The position numbers and the translations under genes are program-made. 19,215 nt of DNA from assembly GCA_038213805.1 (NCBI GenBank), contig JBBQSO010000095.1, forward strand, positions 1-19,215. The letters run 5' to 3'. Position 1 is the stretch's first letter. Each line of letters starts with the position of its first letter. The stretch is from Planctomycetota bacterium. GTDB lineage: Bacteria; Planctomycetota; UBA11346. Positions 8,578 through 16,953 of the stretch are shown here, piece after piece. The notes beneath the pieces are model-generated. The model ran no database searches. It worked only from the letters and a program-made list of their open reading frames with translations, and was not told where the DNA came from.

Positions 8578-10445
8578 GGCGGCCCCTTCGCCAGTACGCC
8601 GGCGGCGAATGCGTTGCAGTCGTTGAGCTGCAACCGCGCCACGCGCTGGTAGGGCCCGGTCGTGGCCATCAGCTCGGCGTGCGTGCCGCGCTGCACGATG
8701 GCGCCGTCCTCCAGCACCAGGATCAGATCGGCGCGGCGCAGGGTGCTGACGCGGTGCGCGACGATCAGTGTGGTGCGACCGGCGATCGCCTGGTCCATGG
8801 CCTGCAGGATGTCGCGCTCGGTCTCCGGATCGATCGCCGCGGTGGGGTCGTCAAGCAGCAGGATGCTCGGCTCGAGCAGCAGGGCGCGCGCGATCGCCAG
8901 GCGTTGGCGCTGACCGCCGGACAGGCCGACTCCGGCCTCGCCGAGCACGGTGTCGTAGCCGTGCGGCAGGGCGGTGACGAAGTCGTGGGCGCAGGCGATG
9001 CGCGCGGCAGCCTCGACCTGCGCGTGCGTCGCCTCGGGGTGGCCGAAGCTGATGTTCGCGGCCACGGTGTTGCTGAACAGGAAGCTCTCCTGGAAGACGA
9101 TACCGACGTTGCGGCGCAGGTCGTCGAGAGCGAGCGCGCGGGCGTCCACGCCGTCGATCAGCACGCGGCCGGCGGTGGGATCGTAAAAGCGCGGGATCAG
9201 GCTCATCAGCGAGGTCTTGCCAGACCCGGTCGCGCCGAGGATCGCCACCACCTGGCCGGGGCGAGCGCAGAACGACACCTGGCGCAGCACCGGCGCACCG
9301 GCGGTGTAGGAGAAGTCGACCTGCTCGAAGGCGAGTTCGCCGCGCACCTTGCCCAGGCGCTGCGCGTCCGGGGCGCTGGCGATCTCGATCGGTGCGTCGA
9401 GCACCTCGAAGACGCGGCGCGCGCTGATCAGGCTCTGCTGCAGCGAATTGGTGATGGTGACGATGTTGCCGACCTGCCCGGACCATTGCTGAAGCAGGCC
9501 GGTGAACACCATCAGCCCGGTGCCGAGCGCGAGTTCACCGCCGATCACCAGCCAACCACCGTAGGCCAGCGCCAGCACCAGGTTGATCTGGGTAAGGAAG
9601 CCCATCGCCGGCCCGAACAGGCTGATCCGCCAGAAGATGCCGCGCTGCTGGTCGCGCACCGCGGCATTCGCCGCAGCGAATTTCCGGACCTCGGCATCCT
9701 CGCGCGCAAAGCCCTTCACAACCTGCACGCCCTGGACGTGCTCGGACAGTGTCCCGACCAGGGCATCGCCCAGGTCGCGACTCTGCGCGTAGGGCTGCTT
9801 CATATAGGCGGCAAAGACCAGCGATGACAGTACCAGCACCGGCGTGCTCGCCAGGCACACTAGGGTCAGACCGGCGTGCAGGTGCAGCATATAGGCGAGG
9901 AACACCAGCAGCGACAGCGCCAGCACCATGCCCTGGATGATCACGCCGTCGACGAACAGGCGCACGTTCTGCACGTCGCCGGTGACGCGGTTGATGATCC
10001 CGGCCGAGGCGTTGGCGTCGAAGAAGCGGAAGCTCAGGCGCTGGAGCTTGTCGTAGACGCGCCGGCGCAGGTCGACCACGATCTCGGCCTGGAGGAGCCG
10101 CGCCACGACCATGCCGTAGCCGTAGGCGAGCAACGCGCGCAGCAGCGCCGCCACCACCATCGCGCCAGCCAGCACCGCGACCTGCACGCGCGCCGTCCAG
10201 TCGGCCGGCGGCGCCCAGGCGAACGGAAAGCGTGGCGCCGGCGAATCGGGCTGCACCGCGTGGCGGATGATGTCCACGCCCAACCCCATCATGCTGAGCA
10301 GCAGCAATCCAAGCGCGATCAGCGCGACCTGCATGGCGATGGCGCGCAAACAGGCGCCGCGGTAACGCCACGCCATGCCGATCAGGCGGCGCACCAGGCG
10401 GGCCGATGACGGTGGAGACGGTGCGGAAGGGAGGGGGGCGTTCAC
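8574..10445 (-). CDS. ABC exporter half-transporter (TMD+NBD), MdlA/TM287-like subunit; start uncertain
   Basis: Walker A GATGSGKTS, signature LSGGQRQR, non-canonical Walker B LLLDDPT, H-loop VAHR. I chose GTG at 10445 (VNAPLP..) because it gives 623 aa, like its partner. The ORF extension to 10625 runs through the repeat element. Confidence 0.9.
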   Translation of the reverse strand: MNAPLPSAPSPPSSARLVRRLIGMAWRYRGACLRAIAMQVALIALGLLLLSMMGLGVDIIRHAVQPDSPAPRFPFAWAPPADWTARVQVAVLAGAMVVAALLRALLAYGYGMVVARLLQAEIVVDLRRRVYDKLQRLSFRFFDANASAGIINRVTGDVQNVRLFVDGVIIQGMVLALSLLVFLAYMLHLHAGLTLVCLASTPVLVLSSLVFAAYMKQPYAQSRDLGDALVGTLSEHVQGVQVVKGFAREDAEVRKFAAANAAVRDQQRGIFWRISLFGPAMGFLTQINLVLALAYGGWLVIGGELALGTGLMVFTGLLQQWSGQVGNIVTITNSLQQSLISARRVFEVLDAPIEIASAPDAQRLGKVRGELAFEQVDFSYTAGAPVLRQVSFCARPGQVVAILGATGSGKTSLMSLIPRFYDPTAGRVLIDGVDARALALDDLRRNVGIVFQESFLFSNTVAANISFGHPEATHAQVEAAARIACAHDFVTALPHGYDTVLGEAGVGLSGGQRQRLAIARALLLEPSILLLDDPTAAIDPETERDILQAMDQAIAGRTTLIVAHRVSTLRRADLILVLEDGAIVQRGTHAELMATTGPYQRVARLQLNDCNAFAAGVLAKGPP

Positions 10446-10504
10446 CGGGTGAGGATGGGGAGGATGGTCAGGCAGGGTAGGCGGAGCGGGTGCGGAAGCC
10501 AGAA

Positions 10505-10637
10505 TGATGGCTGCACAGCTGAAGGCTGATGGCTGATGTTTCCTGGTCCGAGGTAGGTTCCCGTGCGCAGGAATATCATGCCTGGGCCACCGGGCGGCAC
10601 GATGCGCCACCTCGCCATCAGCCATCAGCCATCAGCC
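10505..10637. repeat. Inverted arrays of 7-nt tandem repeats (TGATGGC / GCCATCA) in a divergent intergenic region
   Basis: Left arm TGATGGC-TGCACAGC-TGAAGGC-TGATGGC-TGATG (10505-10538). Right arm GCCATCA x3-GCC (10614-10637). The core is 75 nt. Confidence 0.9.
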
Positions 10638-10693
10638 CCTTACCTCCACCCGCACGCCTTGACCCAGGTCCAGCGCCGGCATGCTTCTGCGCA

Positions 10694-11746
10694 ATGCTGC
10701 CCGTCTCCATCCGTGGCGTCTCCAAGAGCTACGACGGCGACAAACGCATCCTCGATACCCTCAGCCTCGATATAGCGGCGGGCGAGATGTTCTTCCTGCT
10801 CGGTGCCAGCGGTTGCGGCAAGACCACGCTGCTGCGCATGATCGCCGGCTTCCTGCAACCCGACGCCGGAGCCATCCTGTTCGGCGGCGAGGACGTCACG
10901 CGCCAGCCAGCCGAGCAGCGCGGCATCGGCATGGTGTTCCAGAACTACGCCCTGTGGCCGCACCTGTCGGTGGGCGGCAACGTGGCCTTCGGGCTGGAAC
11001 TGCGCGGCGTCGCCACGGCCGAGAAGCAGCAGCGCGTCGCCGAGGCGCTCGCCCTGGTCGAGCTCGACGGCTTCGCCGGGCGGCGCATCGCCGAACTCTC
11101 AGGCGGCCAGCAGCAGCGCGTCGCGCTGGCGCGCGCCATCGTCGTCCGCCCGCGCGTGCTGCTGCTGGACGAGCCGCTCTCCAACCTCGATGCACGCCTG
11201 CGCGCGGCGATGCGCGCCAGCATCCGCCGGGTGTGCAAGGCGGCGGGCGTCACCGCGGTCTACGTCACCCACGACCAGAAGGAGGCGCTGAGCACCGCCG
11301 ACCGCATCGCCGTGCTGGTCCAAGGTCGGCTTGCCCAGGTTGGCACGCCGCGCGACCTTTACGAGCAACCGCAAAGCCGCGCCGTCGCGGAGTTCGTTGG
11401 CGAAGCCAACTTCATTCCCGCAGTGGTAGTCAGCGGCGATGGTGTGAGCTGCGCCCTGGGCGAGCTGGCCACGCCGGTGCCGATCGGCATCGACGGCGCC
11501 GCGAGCGTCCTGTTGTGCGTGCGCCCAGAGCGCCTGCGCATCGTCGCCGCGGGCGCCGCGCCGGCCGCCAACCGCTTTCCCGCGACGATCACCGGCCTGA
11601 GCTACCAGGGTGACGTGACGCAGTGGACGCTGGCCGCCGGCGGACTGAGCCTGACTGTGAACGAGGCCGGCGCGCCGCCGCGCGCACTCGGCGCCACGGT
11701 GCAGGTGCAGGTCGCGGCCGAGGACCTCGTGGTGCTGCCCGCATGA
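10694..11746 (+). CDS. ABC importer ATP-binding protein, FbpC/PotA/AfuC family, with C-terminal TOBE-like domain
   Basis: Start MLPVSIRGVSKSY. Walker A GASGCGKTT, GMVFQNYALWPHLSV, LSGGQQQRVALARA, LLLDEPLSNLDA, YVTHDQ.EAL, VRPERL. Confidence 0.93.
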   Translation: MLPVSIRGVSKSYDGDKRILDTLSLDIAAGEMFFLLGASGCGKTTLLRMIAGFLQPDAGAILFGGEDVTRQPAEQRGIGMVFQNYALWPHLSVGGNVAFGLELRGVATAEKQQRVAEALALVELDGFAGRRIAELSGGQQQRVALARAIVVRPRVLLLDEPLSNLDARLRAAMRASIRRVCKAAGVTAVYVTHDQKEALSTADRIAVLVQGRLAQVGTPRDLYEQPQSRAVAEFVGEANFIPAVVVSGDGVSCALGELATPVPIGIDGAASVLLCVRPERLRIVAAGAAPAANRFPATITGLSYQGDVTQWTLAAGGLSLTVNEAGAPPRALGATVQVQVAAEDLVVLPA

Positions 11747-13386
11747 GCGCCGCTCCCGGCGCCGCAACCAGCGCGCTGCGTCGCGGCGCGTTGTGGCTGC
11801 TGCTGCCCGCGCTGCTCATCGCCCTGCCCATATCCTTGCGCGCGCCCACCCCGGCCGCGCCCGCCGGGGCGCAGCGGCTGATCATCCTCACACCCAACAA
11901 CGAGACCATCCGCGGCGAGTTCGCGCGCGGCTTCGCTGTCTGGGCGCGACGCGAACTGGGGCGCGAGGTCGAAATCGACTGGCGCACCCCGGGCGGCACC
12001 AACGACATCGTGCGCGCCATCGAGGCGCAGTTCAGGGCGCGCTTCGCCAACGATCACGCCGACCTGCCGGCGGCGGCGCGCGCGGTCTTCAACGACCCCA
12101 AGGCCGGGACCGATGCGAAACTGGACGAGGCAGCGCGCGCCGCGCAGCTCGCCGCTCGCAGCACCTTCCTGGCCAGCGAGGGCGGCATCGGCGTCGACCT
12201 CTTCTGGGGCGGTGGCGAATACGATTTCCGCCAGTGCGCCAACAAGGGCTACCTGGTCGACGCCGGTCTGGCCAAGGCCATCCCCGAGGTCCTGCGCGAC
12301 GACATCATCCCGCAGACCCTCGCCGGTGAGACCATCTACGACCCCCAGGGCCGCTACTACGGCACCGCGCTTTCCAGCTTCGGGCTGTGCGCCAACCCGG
12401 ACCGTCTCGCGCTGCTCGCCGACCCCACCCCGCCGCGCTCGTGGGAGGACCTCGGCGCGCCGCGCTTCATCGGCGCCGGCGCGATGGCCGACCCGACGAA
12501 ATCGGGCTCGGTGAACACCTGCTTCGTGATGATGGTGCAGCAGCAGATGGCCAAGGCCGCGGGCAGCGACGGGCTCACGGACGCCGCGCGTCTCGACGCC
12601 GGCTGGGCGGCCGGCTTCACCATGATCAAGCGCATCGGCGCCAACGCCCGCTACGTCACCGACTCCGCGTCGCGCGTGGTGCGCGACGTCGGGCGCGGCG
12701 ACGCCGCGGTCGGCATGTGCATCGACTTCTACGGCCGCGCCGAGCGCGAGTGGACTCACGAGGAATCCGGGCGCGACCGCCTGCTCTACGCGGGTGCGGT
12801 CGGCGGCACGTCGCTATCGGCCGATCCCATCGGCCTGCTGCGCGGCGCGCCGCAGGGTGAGCTGGCGCGCGCGTTCATGCGCTATGTGCTGTCCGCCGAG
12901 GCGCAGCGCCTGTGGCTCTACCGGGTCGGCGAACCCGGCGGTCCGGCGCGCTACGCGCTGCACCGCCTGAGCGTGCGGCGCGATCTCTATACCGCCGAGC
13001 ACACCGCGCATTTCGCTGATGCAGGCGAGGATCCCTTTGTGCTGGCCCAGGGCTTCCACCTGCATCCCGAGTGGACCGGAGCCAATTTCGAGCTGATCCG
13101 CTCCACCATCAAGGCCGTGGTGCTGGATCCCCGCCCGGAACTGGTCGCGGCCTGGCGCGCCATCGTCGCGGCCGGCGGCCCGGAGCGCTGCCCCCAGGCG
13201 ATGGCCGAGCTGGAGTGGCTGCCGTACACCTTCCGCGAGGCCGCAGCCGCACGCCAGGCGCTGACGGACGACCGCATCGGCACGCTGCGCCGTTGGAGCA
13301 GCGCCGCATTCGCCCATTACGCGGCAGCACAGCGTCTGGCCACGCAGCCGTCTGCTATCACGACGTCCGCGCCGGTGTCACCATGA
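11743..13386 (+). CDS. ABC importer solute-binding protein (FbpA/AfuA-like class), 547 aa, N-terminal hydrophobic anchor
   Basis: ATGA overlaps at both ends. Hydrophobic LWLLLPALLIALPISL, then LIILTP, DLFWGGG, PRSWEDL, MADPTKSGS, DPIGLLRGAP..ELARAFMRYVLS.EAQ. Confidence 0.85.
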   Translation: MSAAPGAATSALRRGALWLLLPALLIALPISLRAPTPAAPAGAQRLIILTPNNETIRGEFARGFAVWARRELGREVEIDWRTPGGTNDIVRAIEAQFRARFANDHADLPAAARAVFNDPKAGTDAKLDEAARAAQLAARSTFLASEGGIGVDLFWGGGEYDFRQCANKGYLVDAGLAKAIPEVLRDDIIPQTLAGETIYDPQGRYYGTALSSFGLCANPDRLALLADPTPPRSWEDLGAPRFIGAGAMADPTKSGSVNTCFVMMVQQQMAKAAGSDGLTDAARLDAGWAAGFTMIKRIGANARYVTDSASRVVRDVGRGDAAVGMCIDFYGRAEREWTHEESGRDRLLYAGAVGGTSLSADPIGLLRGAPQGELARAFMRYVLSAEAQRLWLYRVGEPGGPARYALHRLSVRRDLYTAEHTAHFADAGEDPFVLAQGFHLHPEWTGANFELIRSTIKAVVLDPRPELVAAWRAIVAAGGPERCPQAMAELEWLPYTFREAAAARQALTDDRIGTLRRWSSAAFAHYAAAQRLATQPSAITTSAPVSP

Positions 13387-15104
13387 GCCACCGCGCCATG
13401 ACCATCGCCGGCTGGGCCGCGCTCGTGCTGGTCGGCGTGTTCCTCGCGATCTTCGTGGTGTTGCCGCTGGTCGTCACAGTGGCCGGGGGCATCGCGCCGA
13501 ACTTCGCGAAGGAGGGGCTGACGGCCCGCTACCTCATCGAGGTGTTCCTCAACCCGGTCTATCGCCAGGGCCTGATGAATTCCGCCGCGATCGCGGTGGT
13601 CAGCACCCTGCTGACCTTCCTGATCGCCGTGCCGCTGGCGTGGGTCGCCTCGCGCTACCAGTTCCGCGGCAAGACCGTGGCCGAGGCCCTGCTGCTGGCG
13701 CCGCTGATCCTGCCGCCCTTCGTCGGCGCGCTTGGCGTGGCGCAGCTCTTCGGCCAGTACGGTACCGCCAACGCGCTCGGCACGGCGCTTGGGTTGTGGG
13801 CGCGCGGCGCCGGCCCCGACTGGCTTGGGGACCACCGCTTCGCGGCGGTGTGCCTGATCGAGGCGCTGCACCTCTACCCGATCCTCTACCTCAACACCTC
13901 CGCCAGCCTGGCGCGGCTAGATCCTTCCCTGCTCGAAGCCGCGCAGGGCCTGGGCGCCTCGCCATGGACGCGCTTCCGCCGCGTGGTGCTGCCGCTCATC
14001 CGCCCCGGCCTGTTCGGCGGCGGCATCGTCATCGCGGTGTGGAGCTTCACCGAGCTCGGCACGCCGTTGATCCTGGGCTACGAGCGCGCCACTCCGGTGC
14101 AGATCTTCAGCGGCCTCTCCGAGATCGCGTCGGGCGCCAATCCCATGCCCTACGCGCTGGTGGTGGTGCTGATCGCGATCTCGGCGACGCTCTACCTGGT
14201 CGCGAGCCGCATCTTCATGCGCCGCCACGACGCGCTGATCAGCAAAAACACCGGCGCGGCCGTGGCGGTGCCGCTGCCCGGCTGGCGCGCCGCCCTGCCC
14301 TGGCTGCTGTTCGCGACGGTGATCGTGGCCGCCACCGCCCCGCACCTGGCGGTGGTGCTGATCGCAGTGGCCGGCGAATGGTACGGCACCCTGCTGCCGT
14401 CGACGTACACCCTGGCGCGCTTCCACGACGCGCTCGCCCACCCGCTGGTCGTGCCTGGGGTGGTCAACAGCCTGATCTACGCCGGCGGCGCGACCATCCT
14501 CGCCCTGGCCCTTGGAGTCTTCCTGGCCTGGATGTCGGCGCGCTGGAAGCCGCGCGGCTGGCAGGTCATCGACGGCCTGGCGATGCTGCCGCTCGCCATC
14601 CCCGGCGTGATCCTCGCCTTCGGATACCTGATCATGGCTTCGGGCATCCCCTGGCTGAAGGCCTGGCTCGACCCGATCCGCAACCCGACTGTGCTGCTGA
14701 TCATCGCCTACGCGGTGCGCCGCCTGCCGCAGGTGGTGCGTTCGGCGCACGCCGGCCTCGCCCAGGTGCCGGTGGTCTACGAGGAGGCCGCCGCCTCGCT
14801 CGGCGCCGGCCTGGGCGTGCGCCTGCGTCGCATCACCCTGCCGCTGATCGCCGGCAGCCTGATCGCCGGCGCGATGCTGACCTTCAGCTTCTCGATGCTG
14901 GAGGTCAGCGATTCGCTGATCCTGGCGCAGAAGCATGAGTTCTTCCCGGTCGCGCGCGTGCTGCTCGAACTGGTCACCATTCTCGGCCCCGGCCCCTCGA
15001 TCGCCTGCGCCTTCGCGGTGTGGGCGATGCTGTTCCTGGCCGCCTCGCTGCTGGCCGCGGCGGCGTTCCTGGGCAAGGGGGTGAGTGGGGTGTTCCGGGA
15101 TTGA
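13383..15104 (+). CDS. ABC importer permease with two fused TM domains, FbpB/AfuB family
   Basis: Two EAA loops (LLEAAQGLGASPWTRFRRVVLPL and YEEAAASLGAG..LRRITLPL), plus PLILPPFVGA and LPLAIPGVILAFG. The ATG at 13383 overlaps the SBP stop. Confidence 0.93.
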   Translation: MSHRAMTIAGWAALVLVGVFLAIFVVLPLVVTVAGGIAPNFAKEGLTARYLIEVFLNPVYRQGLMNSAAIAVVSTLLTFLIAVPLAWVASRYQFRGKTVAEALLLAPLILPPFVGALGVAQLFGQYGTANALGTALGLWARGAGPDWLGDHRFAAVCLIEALHLYPILYLNTSASLARLDPSLLEAAQGLGASPWTRFRRVVLPLIRPGLFGGGIVIAVWSFTELGTPLILGYERATPVQIFSGLSEIASGANPMPYALVVVLIAISATLYLVASRIFMRRHDALISKNTGAAVAVPLPGWRAALPWLLFATVIVAATAPHLAVVLIAVAGEWYGTLLPSTYTLARFHDALAHPLVVPGVVNSLIYAGGATILALALGVFLAWMSARWKPRGWQVIDGLAMLPLAIPGVILAFGYLIMASGIPWLKAWLDPIRNPTVLLIIAYAVRRLPQVVRSAHAGLAQVPVVYEEAAASLGAGLGVRLRRITLPLIAGSLIAGAMLTFSFSMLEVSDSLILAQKHEFFPVARVLLELVTILGPGPSIACAFAVWAMLFLAASLLAAAAFLGKGVSGVFRD

Positions 15105-15184
15105 GCCGCCTGCCGGGTGGGCACCACCTGGGAACGCGGCCGTCCCAGTCGTTACCGACTCGTGACAAAGCCTTGCAGGTGGCG

Positions 15185-15204
15185 TGGTACTCTCGCCGCA
15201 GGAG
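15185..15204 (+). promoter_or_regulatory. Possible extended -10 promoter (TGgTACTCT) and SD (AGGAG) for the 15212 gene
   Basis: TG at 15185-15186, TACTCT at 15188-15193, AGGAG at 15200-15204 (7 nt before the ATG). No clear -35 at canonical spacing. Confidence 0.35.
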
Positions 15205-15211
15205 TCCAGCC

Positions 15212-16678
15212 ATGTGCCGCACACTCAAGAACATCGTTCCTGGGATCTTCTTGGCGGGAGTCTGCCTCCTCGCTGGGGCCGCAGAAATTCCCGCCCCGGA
15301 TTTGGTGGTCCATGAATGGGGGACGTTCACCTCCTTGCAGAACGGCAATGGCGAGACCCTGGGCGGCCTCAACATCGATGAGGAAGCGTTGCCGCCCTTC
15401 GTCCATGACGCGATGCCCGGGATACTGCACGTCGATCTCGCGCCGCAGCCCGGGCTGTTTTTCGGCAAGGGGTTGGTCGTCGATGGAAGTGCCGTGACCA
15501 TGCGCCTTGAAACCCCGGTGATATATTTCCACCAGCCAGCCGGGGCGAAGCCGGTGGATGCCGTAGTGCAGGTCTCCTTCGCGGGCGGCGTGCTCAGCCA
15601 ATTCTACCCAGCCGCGCAGCTTCGCACCGCGGGAGCAGTCGATGAGCAAGGCCATTTCATCGTCGATCCGCTGGGCGCCACCTCGCACAGCACCCTGACG
15701 TGGCGCCATGTGCAGATTGGCCAAGGCGCGAAAGTGGCCGCGTCTGCGATCAGCCCACCACCGACCCTGGCACCGGTGTGGCTCGCGCCGCGCGCCGTCG
15801 CCGCCGCCGACTTGCACGCCGGCTTCGCCGGGGAGAATGAGCGATTCCTGTTCTATCGCGGGCTTGGCCACCGCGATGCGCCGCTCAAGGTGATGCGCGA
15901 TGGGGATCACGATCATTTCACCGTGCACGCGCGCGGGCTGGCACCGGCCGCTGGCGGGGTGCCAATAGGGGACCTCGCCGTACCCGCCTGGTGGGTGGTC
16001 GACATCCGTGAGGACGGCGCAACGGCCTTCCGCGAGCTGACGGCGGCGACCATAGGCAGCAATTCCCAGGCCGTGGTTACCGAGTTCTCGGGCGAGTTTG
16101 CGGCTTCCGATTACGCTGCCCCGAATCGCGCGACACTGGTCGCGCGGATGCACGCCGCGCTGTGCATCGATGGCCTTTTCGCGGACGAGGCCACCGCCCT
16201 GCTGACCACCTGGGAGGCCTCCTATTTCCGCAGCCCCGGCCTGCGCCTGTTCTTCCTGGTGCCGCGCTCCTGGACGGATGCGGTGCTGCCGCTGCGCGTG
16301 ACCAGCTACGGCGGCGGGTCCCTGCCGCATACCCTAGTCCGCACCATGGTCGGCCGCATCGAACTGGTATCGCACCGCCAGCGCGACCTGCTCGCGACGA
16401 TCGCCACGCATGCTGGTGAACGCGACGAATTCGGGTGGTGGTCCACAGCCGTGAAGCAGCACTTCGGCGATAGCCAAGCCATCACCGTGGAGCAGGAACG
16501 CGAATTCCTACTCACCCTGTTGCACGAGCCGACGGCCGTGCGCGGAGTGAGCGTGCCGCCCGCCTATTCCGCCTACATGGCGCTGGGACGGTTCCGCGCC
16601 GCACTGGTGGGAGAAGCTGCTCGCCGACCGGCGTTGGTCGGACTTAACGGCTTCATGTCCATATATGGGATCTATTGA
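15212..16678 (+). CDS. Secreted hypothetical protein with VHEWGTFTS / MRLETPVIYFH motifs (488 aa)
   Basis: SD AGGAG before the ATG. Sec signal peptide MCRTLKNIVPGIFLAGVCLLAGA. Motif-like segments HEWGTF, ETPVIYF, E.FLFYRGLG, GLFADEA.A..TW..YF..PGLR, LVR.MVGRIEL. Confidence 0.8.
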   Translation: MCRTLKNIVPGIFLAGVCLLAGAAEIPAPDLVVHEWGTFTSLQNGNGETLGGLNIDEEALPPFVHDAMPGILHVDLAPQPGLFFGKGLVVDGSAVTMRLETPVIYFHQPAGAKPVDAVVQVSFAGGVLSQFYPAAQLRTAGAVDEQGHFIVDPLGATSHSTLTWRHVQIGQGAKVAASAISPPPTLAPVWLAPRAVAAADLHAGFAGENERFLFYRGLGHRDAPLKVMRDGDHDHFTVHARGLAPAAGGVPIGDLAVPAWWVVDIREDGATAFRELTAATIGSNSQAVVTEFSGEFAASDYAAPNRATLVARMHAALCIDGLFADEATALLTTWEASYFRSPGLRLFFLVPRSWTDAVLPLRVTSYGGGSLPHTLVRTMVGRIELVSHRQRDLLATIATHAGERDEFGWWSTAVKQHFGDSQAITVEQEREFLLTLLHEPTAVRGVSVPPAYSAYMALGRFRAALVGEAARRPALVGLNGFMSIYGIY

Positions 16679-16927
16679 GCAGTGTCAGGGCAGAAGACCG
16701 CGATCCCTGCGTTGGGTCTAACGGCAACACAGCCGTCACGGAGAGGAGCAGTGCGGCGCGACCCTCGCACACGCAATGTGGCATATCGGCTATGAAATGC
16801 TGGATGGCAAGCCGATCATCTGGGCCGTGGCGATGAGCTGGCCATGAATGGCTAGGACTCATGAGCGGTACGCATTGCTTATGCGGCCGTTGTGGGTCGC
16901 GCGCGTTGAACGTGCCGCGCCATGCGG

Positions 16928-16953
16928 AAAAGAGCTGCGATCTTCGGTCGCAG
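16928..16953 (-). terminator. Possible intrinsic terminator after the 16966-17820 gene
   Basis: On the minus strand CTGCGA-CCGAAGA-TCGCAG is followed by CTCTTTT, 12 nt after the TAG. The U-tract is short. Confidence 0.45.

Noticed and set aside
6679..9827. Long + strand ORFs (6679-7989, 8553-9827) antisense to the ABC exporters, and similar ORFs antisense to the gsp genes
   Set aside because: Typical antisense shadow ORFs caused by high GC3. No recognisable motifs.
10659..10685. TTGACC...CATGCT as a sigma-70 promoter for a leaderless ATPase mRNA
   Set aside because: The spacer is only 15 nt and the -10 match is weak. It cannot be supported without TSS data.
10529..10693. N-terminal ORF extensions of the ATPase (start 10529) and the exporter (start 10625)
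   Set aside because: They overlap each other and translate the 7-mer repeats (HQPSAIS). The domain starts fit 10694 and ~10445. The 2714, 11623, 13071, 15020, 17886 and 18846 starts were likewise trimmed using SD or overlap evidence.
16642..16911. Integron attC-like core sites: ACTTAAC 16642, GTTGGGT 16711, GTCTAAC 16716, GTTGAAC 16905
   Set aside because: No complementary L boxes next to the cores. One pair starts inside a CDS and the other spans ~195 nt, which is too long. No integrase in the window.
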